Part shown: piece after piece, positions 35,532 through 44,953 of the stretch
How positions within the stretch are numbered: the stretch's first letter is position 1
Layout of the letters: each line of letters begins with the position of its first letter
NCBI GenBank assembly: GCA_030612885.1
Contig: JAUWMZ010000002.1
Coordinates: forward strand, 5,834 to 69,833
Reading direction: 5' to 3'
DNA length: 64,000 nt
Source of the DNA: Candidatus Nealsonbacteria bacterium
GTDB taxonomy: Bacteria > Patescibacteriota > Minisyncoccia > Minisyncoccales > JAGMDC01
Notes under the pieces: generated by a model
Told to the model about the DNA's origin: nothing
What the model saw: the letters and a program-made list of their open reading frames with translations, nothing else
The model's database searches: none
Position numbers and translations under genes: made by a program

Positions 35532-38500
35532 ATGTCTAAAATGAAAAAAATCGTTGCTAGTATTACTACTTTGGCCTGCGCGTCAATGATGATGGGTATG
35601 GTTGTAATGCCGGCTCAGGCAATAACTGCTGAGGAATTGCAGGTTCAGATTGACGCTTTATTGGCTCAATTGACTCAATTGCAAACCCAGTTAGCCGAGC
35701 TTCAAGGTGTAACCCCAACCGTTGAAGGTTGTACCATCACCAGTTTTGACCGCAATTTGTCAATAGCAATGACTGGCGACGATGTTAAATGTTTACAGAT
35801 TGTTTTAAACACTGATTCTGTAACAAAATTAGCTGATTCTGGCGCTGGTTCTCCAGGAAATGAAACTTCTTACTTTGGTCCTATAACCAAAGCAGCAGTT
35901 ATCAAATTCCAGGAGAAATACGCTGATGAAGTATTAGCTTCTTGGGGTTTAACTTCTGGAACCGGTTATGTTGGTTCAACAACCAGAACAAAGTTAAATT
36001 CTCTTTTGACTGCTGAACCAGTAACTCCTACTGGTTGTGATTGTGATGATTGGGTAAATGTTGCTTGCGGAGGCGGTGATTGTACTGCCACCCAAATGCA
36101 GCAAACTCGAACCTGTACTCCAGAGGAAGGCGCTGCAGCTGATGTTTGTGACGGAGTAGCTGTTAGTCAGTGTGTGGCTGACGCAAGTTGTGTTGTTGCC
36201 GCTGAAGGAGCACTAAATGTGGCTTTAGCCGATGACACTCCAGCTGCTGCTACTGTTCCAGCTGCTACTACTACTAATAGAGCTGCTAATGTGATAATGA
36301 CCAAAGTGAACTTGACTGCTGGTGACGGGAATGTTACTATTACCGGCTTAAAAATTCTTAGGTCTGGTATTAGCAAGGACGCAGCTATTGATACCATCAA
36401 ATTATATGATGGCGCAACTAAGATTGGAACCAGTCAGAGCTTGGGTTCAAATTCTAAAGCAAACTTTAGTAATATTTCCATTGATGTTGAGGCAAACACT
36501 ACCAAGACTATTGATATTAAGGCCACTATGACTGGAGGAAGTACTTATAATGGAAATGTTATTGCATTAGGAATTGCTTCAGCTGATGATATTACTTCTA
36601 ATGCTACTGAAGTTACTGGTACTTTTCCATTAAATGGTAATAGTATGACTTTAACCTCTTCTGTCACTATTGGTACAGCTACTTTATACGATGGTTCAAT
36701 GGGAGACAGAAATGACACTGATTTAACAGTTAATCCAACTGATACTGATATTAGATTTGCCCAGGTTAAGATAATGGCTGGTTCAGCAGAAGGTTTTATT
36801 GTTGAAAATATAACAGCAGTTAAAAATGGAACTGCTGCTTCTGCTGATGTAACTAATATCAGATTAGTTAATGACACTTCTGGCGAGACCTTGGGAACTG
36901 TTGATTCTCTTGATGCTGATGGCAGGGCTGTATTCAGCGGATTAAATGTCAGTGTTGGCAAAGGTGGTTATATTGAATTGAGCGTTGTAGCTGATATGAA
37001 TAATTCTGGGGCTGGTAGAACCATAACCTTTGATTTACACGATGGAACCGATTATACTATTGATGTAACCGGTTCTACTTATGGCTATGGTATAGCTGTA
37101 ACCTTTGATAATTTCTGTATTTCAGGTGGTACTTGTAAACAGCAGACCATTAATCGAGGTTATTTAACAGTCCAGAAATCAGCTAGCACACCAGCTACTG
37201 GATATATTGCTATTGGAGCAACCCAGGTTGAAATAGCTGCTTTTGATTTTACAGCTTATGGTGAACCGATTAATGTTACTCAATGCCAGGTTTTAATTGA
37301 CCCAACTACTGGTGAAGCTGACCAGTTCACTAATATTACTGGTTATGATGGCGATGGTAATGTTCTTTTTGGTCCCAAAGATGGTAGTACTGCAACTGCC
37401 GATACTGATGAAACCTTAACCTTTACTGACGCTTTTACTTTGCCAATTGGGACTACAGTGGTTTACATTAAGACAAATGTTGCCAGTGATGTGACAGCTG
37501 AGGATACAGTTGATTTTGAGATTCCAGCTAATTCTGTAACAGCTAAAGGATCCACTTCTGGAAAGACCACTTATACTATTTCTGCCACTTCAGGTGATGT
37601 GCCTCCAACTGCAGCCCGTACCGGTAACACAATGACTATTCAAGGTCCTGCTTTGAAAGTTGTTACTGCTGGTACTCCAGCTGCTGGAGATGTAGTGAAA
37701 GGCGCTCAAAATGAGGTATTTGCTTATTTTGACCTTGATGCTTCTGCCTCTGGAGAAAATGTAAAGGTAACCCAGATTAAAACCCTTGATGCTAGTGGCG
37801 CTAGTGGTATTACTGCAAACACGAGTTACGATGAAGATATTATCAATTTAGAGTTATGGGGCGATCCTGACACCACTGATGCTGTTTCTGAAAATGTCAT
37901 ATTAGAGACAAGTACTTCAACAGCCACTCAGGATACTACTACTGTTCTTACTACCTTTACCTTTAAAACACCTTTGAAAGTTAAGAAAGGAACAACTAAC
38001 AGATTAACCTTGAAAGCAGATGTGACAGCAGATGCTACAGCAGCAGCCCATCGATTTTTACTTGGTACTAGTGGAAGTACTACCGGTCATGTTACCTCTG
38101 CTGGATGGTCAACCGGCACTGCTATTACTGAATCATATAGTGGTCAAGGACAGCAACAGACAGTTCAGACCACGGGTAAGTTGAAAGTAGTTGCTTCAGC
38201 TGATATACCAGCAAAAGCAATGTTTGTAGCAGGCACAACTGGTAATACTATGATGGAGTATCGAATGTATGCTATGTATGAAGATGTTGATGTGACTTAC
38301 TTCTATATTGCTACTGAAGGAACTGAAGTTGATGTTCGAGCTAGCATAGATAAGGTAAAACTGTATTATGACGGTGCACAAATTGGTGATGTTAATGGTT
38401 ATTCTTTAGATGTTGGCGGAGATGTCTATGTTACTTTGAGTGCTGGAGAGCTAACAGTGCCAAAGGATACTTGGAAGAACCTTGTGATAAAAGTTGACTT

Positions 38501-39368
38501 GACTGATAGAGCTCAATTGGTTGATGATGCTGATGTGGAAATTGGGTTAGGCGATTACACCAATCATGATGATACTGATTGGGGAGACGATAGCGCTACT
38601 GCTTCTGGCAAGTCCTATTACATGATAGCTACTGGTGCAAAATCTGGTACTACAATTACTAATGACCAGTCCACAGGTTATGTCAACAGCACTGCTACAA
38701 GCGCAGGTGTGATTTCAGCCAGCTACCAGCACTTTATGTACGATGGTGTTTTGGTGGTCAGCAAGAATTCTGCATCACCGTCTGGCAGCTTTACTGGCGG
38801 TGCTAATACAGAAGTATTAAGATTAGATTTGGAAGCAGTTGGTGATGATATTACCATTAATGAAATGGAATTCTGTGTTACTGGTTCTGAAACCACTGTT
38901 AATGGAACAGGTGACCTAACCATCAAGAACCTTGCTAAAACCACTACTTATGCCACAGTAACCCAAAGCGGTTATGATGCTTATTGGGATACTTTGTTAG
39001 GCGCTTCTGATTATTACCCATTGACCCCAGGTGTTAGTGGAGGTTCCTGTTTCTCTATTGGTGACAGTCACCAAACTGGTGAGACCGAAACAGGCAAATC
39101 AGGAAAGAATATAACACCGTTCTCTACTACCTTGCAGATTGCTGAAGGAACTACTAAAACCATTGTAGTTCTTGGTGACGCCAGTCGTTCTGGCACCACT
39201 GCCAGCAAGACCTTGCAGCTGAACTTACAAGCAAACTCAAGCGGTAGTTTTGATGCTACTACAGAAGGTATTGAATGGGAGAATAATACTGGAACTGATG
39301 TAGGAGACGAGACAGATGAGAGCGTTACTAATAACCTGCCAATTACTGGTGGTACATTGGTCTACTAA
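35532..39368 (+). CDS. Giant (1278 aa) secreted surface protein: signal peptide, coiled-coil, peptidoglycan-binding-like domain, Cys-rich module, long Thr/Ser/Gly-rich beta-repeat region
   Basis: Signal peptide MKKIVASITTLACASMMMGMVVMPAQA. PG_binding_1-like MTGDDVKCLQIVLN ... YFGPITKAAVIKFQEKY. A CxC-rich segment, followed by >1000 aa of low-complexity beta-strand repeats. Confidence 0.75.
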   Translation: MSKMKKIVASITTLACASMMMGMVVMPAQAITAEELQVQIDALLAQLTQLQTQLAELQGVTPTVEGCTITSFDRNLSIAMTGDDVKCLQIVLNTDSVTKLADSGAGSPGNETSYFGPITKAAVIKFQEKYADEVLASWGLTSGTGYVGSTTRTKLNSLLTAEPVTPTGCDCDDWVNVACGGGDCTATQMQQTRTCTPEEGAAADVCDGVAVSQCVADASCVVAAEGALNVALADDTPAAATVPAATTTNRAANVIMTKVNLTAGDGNVTITGLKILRSGISKDAAIDTIKLYDGATKIGTSQSLGSNSKANFSNISIDVEANTTKTIDIKATMTGGSTYNGNVIALGIASADDITSNATEVTGTFPLNGNSMTLTSSVTIGTATLYDGSMGDRNDTDLTVNPTDTDIRFAQVKIMAGSAEGFIVENITAVKNGTAASADVTNIRLVNDTSGETLGTVDSLDADGRAVFSGLNVSVGKGGYIELSVVADMNNSGAGRTITFDLHDGTDYTIDVTGSTYGYGIAVTFDNFCISGGTCKQQTINRGYLTVQKSASTPATGYIAIGATQVEIAAFDFTAYGEPINVTQCQVLIDPTTGEADQFTNITGYDGDGNVLFGPKDGSTATADTDETLTFTDAFTLPIGTTVVYIKTNVASDVTAEDTVDFEIPANSVTAKGSTSGKTTYTISATSGDVPPTAARTGNTMTIQGPALKVVTAGTPAAGDVVKGAQNEVFAYFDLDASASGENVKVTQIKTLDASGASGITANTSYDEDIINLELWGDPDTTDAVSENVILETSTSTATQDTTTVLTTFTFKTPLKVKKGTTNRLTLKADVTADATAAAHRFLLGTSGSTTGHVTSAGWSTGTAITESYSGQGQQQTVQTTGKLKVVASADIPAKAMFVAGTTGNTMMEYRMYAMYEDVDVTYFYIATEGTEVDVRASIDKVKLYYDGAQIGDVNGYSLDVGGDVYVTLSAGELTVPKDTWKNLVIKVDLTDRAQLVDDADVEIGLGDYTNHDDTDWGDDSATASGKSYYMIATGAKSGTTITNDQSTGYVNSTATSAGVISASYQHFMYDGVLVVSKNSASPSGSFTGGANTEVLRLDLEAVGDDITINEMEFCVTGSETTVNGTGDLTIKNLAKTTTYATVTQSGYDAYWDTLLGASDYYPLTPGVSGGSCFSIGDSHQTGETETGKSGKNITPFSTTLQIAEGTTKTIVVLGDASRSGTTASKTLQLNLQANSSGSFDATTEGIEWENNTGTDVGDETDESVTNNLPITGGTLVY

Positions 39369-39425
39369 GTTTTGTTGATTTCTGTTTGATTTCTCATTTG
39401 GCTTCCTTGTGAGCTAAATGGGTTA

Positions 39426-39466
39426 AAAACCCACCCCAAGTTTGGGGTGGGTTTTGTTTTTATTTT
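39426..39466 (+). terminator. Strong rho-independent terminator after the giant surface-protein gene
   Basis: AAAACCCACCCCA-agtt-TGGGGTGGGTTTT 13-bp stem followed by GTTTTTATTTT. Confidence 0.75.
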
Positions 39467-39511
39467 AAATATGTTATTATAAGACAATATAAAATAATAA
39501 GATTTTTAATT

Positions 39512-40186
39512 ATGAAAAGATATCAAAATATCATTATTTTTATTTTAGTAATAGTTATTATTGGAGCCGGATTTTTTGTTTATAAACAGAAAACTGAATT
39601 AAATCCAGAGTTAGAAGAACTTTTTTCTTTGTCTGAAGAAATAACCCTTACTGAAGAGCAGCAAAATAAATTTGATGAAGCAAGAAACAGTTTAAAAGAA
39701 AACCCTGATGATGCTTTAGCTATTATTGCTATTGCCAGAATAAAACATCAAGCACAGGATTTAAATGGTTCAGAGAGGGCTTATTTAATGGCGTTAGAAA
39801 TCCAGCCGACTAACACAATAATTCTTAATAATTTAGGAGATATTTATAATCAGAAAAAGAAATACGAAAAAGCAGCTGAAATGTATTTACGGCTTATTGA
39901 AAATAATCCTAAATGGGTGAACGCTTACAGGGAATTAGCAGCTATCTATAAATATCACTTGAAGGATAGATACCCGGAAATGGAGGAAATTTTATTACAG
40001 GGTTTAGAAAAGAGTAAAGAATTTACTGGAGAAGCACCAGTAGATTTTTACTCAATGTTAGCTGTTTTTTACAAAGAAACAGGGCAAATAGAAAAAGCAA
40101 TTGAATATTTTGAAAAAGTAATAGAATCAACTCCAGAAAATGAAGGAGCAAAAATAGAATTAGAAGAACTCAAAAAATTATTATGA
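39512..40186 (+). CDS. Membrane-anchored TPR-repeat protein
   Basis: N-terminal TM followed by TPR-like helical repeats (AYLMALEIQP, LNNLGDIYNQKKKYEKAAEMY). Confidence 0.6.
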   Translation: MKRYQNIIIFILVIVIIGAGFFVYKQKTELNPELEELFSLSEEITLTEEQQNKFDEARNSLKENPDDALAIIAIARIKHQAQDLNGSERAYLMALEIQPTNTIILNNLGDIYNQKKKYEKAAEMYLRLIENNPKWVNAYRELAAIYKYHLKDRYPEMEEILLQGLEKSKEFTGEAPVDFYSMLAVFYKETGQIEKAIEYFEKVIESTPENEGAKIELEELKKLL

Positions 40187-41265
40187 AAAAGATTTTAATT
40201 ATTTCTATCATTTTTATTTTATGCGGAAGCGGCTTGGCTCAAGCCTTGGTTTTAGATGATTTTGTGAACAATCAAGCTCCCAGTGCTTATTTTTATCCCC
40301 AAGAGTTTGATAAATTAGTAATGGATTTGACTATTTCTTCAGTGATAGATGGAACAGACAAACTTTCAGCCATCACTATAAAAAATACTGGGACAACTAA
40401 AAACAGAGATGATATTGAAAAGTTTAAACTTTGGAAAGATGCTGATGAGCCAGGTTTTCAGGGAATGGGAAAAGATAAAGAATTAGGCACTTTTACTTAT
40501 TATGCTTCAGATATAAGTTGGTATTTATCAGGTCTTGAAGAATCAGTCCCGGCAGAAGGTTTGAGAATTTTCATCAGCGCTGAGATTGCCAAAAACCCTA
40601 CCAGTAATCGCTCCCTTCAAATACAAATACCTTCTTTGTCTGATAAGAACAATAATGGAATTTTTGATTTGGGAGATTTAGGTATTTTTATGGAATCAAA
40701 AAACAATGGTCTTATTGATGAAGCCATTGTTAATTCCTATTCTCAAACAATCCGCGATTTTGTTATTGATAATCTTGCTCCAAAAACAGTTATTACTGAT
40801 CCAGAAGATAATTCAATAATTACTACTGAAAGCTACTTTATTAAAGGCGTATCCCGAGACCAAGGTGGTTCAACCCCTTCTTGGGTAAAGATTTCTATAA
40901 ACGATGGCGATTGGCAAGAAGTGGAAGCAATTGGCTCCAATTATTCTACTTGGCAGTATCTCTGGCAGAATTATACAGAAGGTGTTTTTACAATAAAAAC
41001 TCAATCAGAGGATTGGATAGGCAATAGAGAAACAATAGGCGATGAAATTACAGTAAGTGTTGATTTTCCAGAGGAACCGGGTGAAGAAGAAGAGCCAGAG
41101 GAAGAAGCTGAAGAAGAAATTATTGAAGAAGAAGTAACAGAGGAGGAAAAGCTAATTTCAGAAATGACAGAACAAGAACTTAAAGCGAAAATTATTGAAG
41201 TTCAGCAAAAAATTATTGAGCTTTTAAAACAGTTAATTCAACTTATTCAGTCAGAATTAATCTGA
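40183..41265 (+). CDS. Secreted protein with Ig-like beta domains and an acidic, coiled-coil C-terminus
   Basis: Signal peptide MKKILIISIIFILCGSGLAQA, a poly-E tract and a terminal coiled coil. Confidence 0.55.
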   Translation: MKKILIISIIFILCGSGLAQALVLDDFVNNQAPSAYFYPQEFDKLVMDLTISSVIDGTDKLSAITIKNTGTTKNRDDIEKFKLWKDADEPGFQGMGKDKELGTFTYYASDISWYLSGLEESVPAEGLRIFISAEIAKNPTSNRSLQIQIPSLSDKNNNGIFDLGDLGIFMESKNNGLIDEAIVNSYSQTIRDFVIDNLAPKTVITDPEDNSIITTESYFIKGVSRDQGGSTPSWVKISINDGDWQEVEAIGSNYSTWQYLWQNYTEGVFTIKTQSEDWIGNRETIGDEITVSVDFPEEPGEEEEPEEEAEEEIIEEEVTEEEKLISEMTEQELKAKIIEVQQKIIELLKQLIQLIQSELI

Positions 41266-43659
41266 TAAAGGTTCAAAACCCATCTCCTTTAAGAACTCAT
41301 TTATAGATGTTCTATATTCTGGATAGAATCGAGATATTTCCATAGCTTCTTTTTTCGCTTTTTCAAAATCACCTAATTCTTTATAGCAAGCAGCTAAATT
41401 AATACGGTATTGGACATTATTCATATTTATTTCTTTTAATTTGTAGTTGATATCACATATTGCCGGATAATCTCCAATACTTAAATAAACCTTGCGAAGC
41501 TCTAAAAGAGAATTTTCAGAATGTACGGGGTAGTTTTTTTGCTCAGCGATATTAATATTTTCCTGGGCTTTTTCAGTTTCATTTGAGTAAATATTGATTA
41601 AAGCTAAAATCCACCAGCATTCGCCTAATTCTGGATTTAAATTAATACATTTTTGAGCTTTTTCCTCGGCTCCTTTATAATCAGCAATCCAAAGATAAGT
41701 TTTTGCCCAGCTAATAAATATTTCTTGACGTTTTGGGCTTAGCTGCTCAGCTTGCTCAAAACATTTATTGGCTTGGTTTTTCCATTCTTCAACAAGTTCC
41801 GGATAAGCATTTTGATAATTTTCAAGCAAGATATTATAATAAGCTCCAAGAATAAGCCAATATCTTGTATAGCTTGGCCTTATTTCTATACTCTCTTTGA
41901 GAATTTCAATTCCTCTAGGCGCTAATCTAATGGTTTTTAAGGGTTCTCTTTGGATATAGGTATTAATGATATTGATATAATTTGCCCTTATATAATCATC
42001 CAAGAAAGTATGAACAGGCAGGATGTTTTCCATTCGCTTTACAGCGTCTTCGCATTGTCCTCTATTGGCGTTGTAGACAGCAACATTGCTCTCTTTGTTA
42101 ATTTGGAAAGGTTTAATATTATAAGCCCAGATAAACCAGATAAGCCCAATAAAGAGCAGGGGAACGATTATATTTCTATATTTATACAATTTAACGAGAA
42201 CATTTCTCGTTAAATTTAAATTGTATTCAATTTTATTCGTGGAATTCGCATTATATATTATGTGTAAAGAATAAGCAATTAATAAGAAAGAGATTAAATA
42301 AGTTGAAAATATATCAAAGCTGAAAAAATTAGCAGTAAGATAAGCTAAAAAAGTGGCTTGGAGTCCGTGGCAAATTAGAATTTGTTCAGGCCGCTTTTTT
42401 TTAATTTTCTGCAGTCCCCAAAATAAAACAGCAAAAAGCAAGAGATAAATTATTAAAGCCAGAATACCGGAGCTAACTCCTATATCAAATAAAAAGCTAT
42501 GTGCTCTGTCATACCAGGTTACAGGGATTGGTTCAGCAAGCATACTCATTCTGGCTAAAGATGGATCGTAATGTTTATCAAAAGCAATGGAGAAATTTTC
42601 TGGTCCGTAGCCAAGAATTGGTCTTTCTATTAACCCTTTTGAAGATATTTTCCAGACAGAAAATCGCGGGTCATCTAAAAATAAGCTAATTGAGAGCCGG
42701 GGTTTTAATTCTTGAAAAAGTTGATTTTCTTGAATAAATTGAGGAAGCTTTCCAGAAGTAGTGTTTATACAATAAATTCCATAAGCGCCGAGGATTAGAA
42801 GAATCCCGAAAAGCGCTTTTAACCAAACTATTTTTTTAGGATGGTGGTTCAACACGTTAAGTAATCTTCCATTTGGCGGAATTACTGCAGAGGTGTATTT
42901 GACAGGATAAAAAAAGAAAAAATAAGAAAAACCAATTATTAAACCGAGATAGGCAGCCCTGGCTCCGGTAATCAAGATTATAAAAAGAAACAATAAGAGA
43001 AAGGAGAAGTAAAAAAACTTTTTTTTAGTTTTTTGTTGTAGACCAAAAGCTAAAGTCAAAAAACTTAGAAGCAAAAGATAAATTGCTAAAAAGCTTGAGC
43101 CGCCGATGGTTGACCAAGGACTACCGGTTGTAACAAAGATATGACTAAGGATTTTAAGGTGCTGAAAAATAGCGATAATTGAGACAAAAATTCCAATAAT
43201 TATACTAAAATTCCAGATTTTTTGCCAGTCAGATTTTCGGAGAATTAAAAAGGCTAAAATAGCAAAGATTATGTAGAAAGCGAAATTAAGAAATCCGCCG
43301 GAACGGTAAGGAGAACCCCAAAAACTGAAAGCAGGGTTTTGGGAAAGCAGGGTAGCCAAAAAGTGAACTCCCAAAAGAGCCACTAAAAGCCAGAAAGCCA
43401 AGAAAACTTTACTTTGCTTATTTAATATATTTTTAATAATCAATGATAAATTATCATTTAATCTTTGGAAGAGAATTTGCCATAGAAAGACAAAAATTAT
43501 TAGAGATAAAATAATCCTAAAGACAATGGTTTTCCCCCAGTCAGGCGGCGAGAACCAAGGAGGCAAATTCCAAAGAGGCAGAGTCAAAATTAAAAAAAAT
43601 CCGATTAAGTAAATCCATTTAAATTTATTTTCAGAAAAAATTGCTTTATTATTTTCCAT
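41257..43659 (-). CDS. O-antigen ligase (Wzy_C)-domain polytopic membrane protein with C-terminal TPR repeats
   Basis: About 12 TM helices with the GARAAYLGLIIG Wzy_C-type motif, and C-terminal TPR repeats (cf. PglL/WaaL-like proteins fused to TPR). Contains an in-frame REP palindrome at 42191..42213. Confidence 0.65.
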   Translation of the reverse strand: MENNKAIFSENKFKWIYLIGFFLILTLPLWNLPPWFSPPDWGKTIVFRIILSLIIFVFLWQILFQRLNDNLSLIIKNILNKQSKVFLAFWLLVALLGVHFLATLLSQNPAFSFWGSPYRSGGFLNFAFYIIFAILAFLILRKSDWQKIWNFSIIIGIFVSIIAIFQHLKILSHIFVTTGSPWSTIGGSSFLAIYLLLLSFLTLAFGLQQKTKKKFFYFSFLLLFLFIILITGARAAYLGLIIGFSYFFFFYPVKYTSAVIPPNGRLLNVLNHHPKKIVWLKALFGILLILGAYGIYCINTTSGKLPQFIQENQLFQELKPRLSISLFLDDPRFSVWKISSKGLIERPILGYGPENFSIAFDKHYDPSLARMSMLAEPIPVTWYDRAHSFLFDIGVSSGILALIIYLLLFAVLFWGLQKIKKKRPEQILICHGLQATFLAYLTANFFSFDIFSTYLISFLLIAYSLHIIYNANSTNKIEYNLNLTRNVLVKLYKYRNIIVPLLFIGLIWFIWAYNIKPFQINKESNVAVYNANRGQCEDAVKRMENILPVHTFLDDYIRANYINIINTYIQREPLKTIRLAPRGIEILKESIEIRPSYTRYWLILGAYYNILLENYQNAYPELVEEWKNQANKCFEQAEQLSPKRQEIFISWAKTYLWIADYKGAEEKAQKCINLNPELGECWWILALINIYSNETEKAQENINIAEQKNYPVHSENSLLELRKVYLSIGDYPAICDINYKLKEINMNNVQYRINLAACYKELGDFEKAKKEAMEISRFYPEYRTSINEFLKEMGFEPLSD
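42191..42213. repeat. REP family A palindrome TTAACGAGAACATTTCTCGTTAA inserted in frame inside the Wzy/TPR gene
   Basis: Identical to the 5168 copy including the AATT..AAATT flanks. Translated as NLTRNVLVKL in the linker between the Wzy and TPR domains. Confidence 0.8.
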
Positions 43660-43713
43660 ATTAATTTATGATATAAAAAATAAGGACTATTAGCAAGCTG
43701 GTAAGCTAATAAG

Positions 43714-44127
43714 TTATTCTCCAAAAGCGTTTGGGAAGTGTTTGATTTCAGCTTTTTTCAAATCTAAATCTATTTTTATTGAAATAACATCAATTTGCCA
43801 TTTTTTATCTAATGGCATTTTGTTTTTGGAAAGCCAGATTTGAGCAGTTTTTATTATTTTTCTTTGTTTCTGGAAGTTTACTTTTTCTTCCGGCGGGATA
43901 AAGCTGTCTTTTAGATTATTATCAATATAGTTAAAGGCAATAGTTTTTACTTCAACAAAAGAAATTATATCATCTTTCTTGGCAACAATATCAATTTCTC
44001 CGGTTTTTGGTCCAAGAGCCAAACGGGTGAAAAAATTTCTGTCCAAGATTCTGTACCCTTTTTTCTTCAAAAAATTCTCGGCAATTTTTTCGCCCAATTC
44101 TCCGATTTGTTTTTTAGAAACAGACAT
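43714..44127 (-). CDS. yraN: YraN-family (UPF0102) endonuclease
   Basis: KKGYRILDRNF ... GEIDIVAKKDDIISFVEVK (restriction-endonuclease-like fold). The start probably lies at an internal Met (ORF track 43714..44187). Confidence 0.6.
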   Translation of the reverse strand: MSVSKKQIGELGEKIAENFLKKKGYRILDRNFFTRLALGPKTGEIDIVAKKDDIISFVEVKTIAFNYIDNNLKDSFIPPEEKVNFQKQRKIIKTAQIWLSKNKMPLDKKWQIDVISIKIDLDLKKAEIKHFPNAFGE

Positions 44128-44242
44128 GTTATTAAAGAAGTATAACATAAATTTATTAGAGTTTAAAAGATAATCAGGGGTTGACACCTATTGACACTTT
44201 TTGATATTATTAAAATAATACAAATTAATTCTAATTTATACT

Positions 44243-44488
44243 ATGCCTAGCATAAAACCAGATCAAGTATATACAACAGAAGAAGCTCGTGATTTTTTGA
44301 AGATAAGCGAGAGCACTATTAAACGTCATTTAAAAAACGGCATTCTTAAAGCTAACAAAGTTGGCGGCAGATATAGGATTTGGGGTAGAGAGATTTTGAG
44401 ATTGGTTTCACCAAAAGTTGAAAATAAGGCAGTTCAGGCATACCAAAAAGTAAAGAAAAGAGCCATAAAAACCATTGAAAAATGGTAA
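44243..44488 (+). CDS. Excisionase/MerR-like helix-turn-helix DNA-binding protein (81 aa)
   Basis: YTTEEARDFLKISESTIKRHLKNGILKANKVGGRYRI is an HTH_17/excisionase-type motif. Confidence 0.55.
   Translation: MPSIKPDQVYTTEEARDFLKISESTIKRHLKNGILKANKVGGRYRIWGREILRLVSPKVENKAVQAYQKVKKRAIKTIEKW
44461..44488. repeat. 28-bp direct repeat copy 1: AGCCATAAAAACCATTGAAAAATGGTAA
   Basis: Identical copy at 44908..44935. Contains the hairpin ACCATT-gaaa-AATGGT. Forms the 3' end and stop of the HTH gene. Confidence 0.8.
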
Positions 44489-44655
44489 CAACACTTAATT
44501 ATAAAAAATTTCTTAAAATAGTTGAAAAAACCAAAGAAAAAATTAAGCTTTAATTCAAAAATAATTATTTAATTTATCAAGGTATGAAATTTCTAAATGG
44601 CTTTGGATGTTAAACTAAGCTAAGTAGCAGTTATAATTTATAATAAAGATATAAT

Positions 44656-44925
44656 ATGGGAGATCGTATATGGTGGTTTGAAAACTGTCCACAATGTAAA
44701 ACAAAAGAATCGGTTGAGGTGTATGACGCGCCATCTTGTTTGCAATGGTTTAAAAAATGCGAGAAGTGCGGTTGGAGCGATGGAAAGGATTATTATGAAA
44801 TAGGTGAAAATGAGATTTGGCTTTTGATAGAAAAAGAATTGAAAGATTTAGTAAAGAAAAATCCAAAAGTTAAAAAATTTAGAGAAAAATTAAGAAAATT
44901 AGAGCAAAGCCATAAAAACCATTGA
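44656..44925 (+). CDS. Small zinc-ribbon protein (89 aa)
   Basis: CPQCKTK ... CEKCGW, i.e. four Cys in two CxxC pairs, plus a K-rich C-terminus. Confidence 0.5.
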   Translation: MGDRIWWFENCPQCKTKESVEVYDAPSCLQWFKKCEKCGWSDGKDYYEIGENEIWLLIEKELKDLVKKNPKVKKFREKLRKLEQSHKNH

Positions 44926-44935
44926 AAAATGGTAA
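44908..44935. repeat. 28-bp direct repeat copy 2
   Basis: Same 28-mer, read in a different frame, forms the stop of the Zn-ribbon gene. Confidence 0.8.
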
Positions 44936-44953
44936 TTTTAATAAAACTAAATT

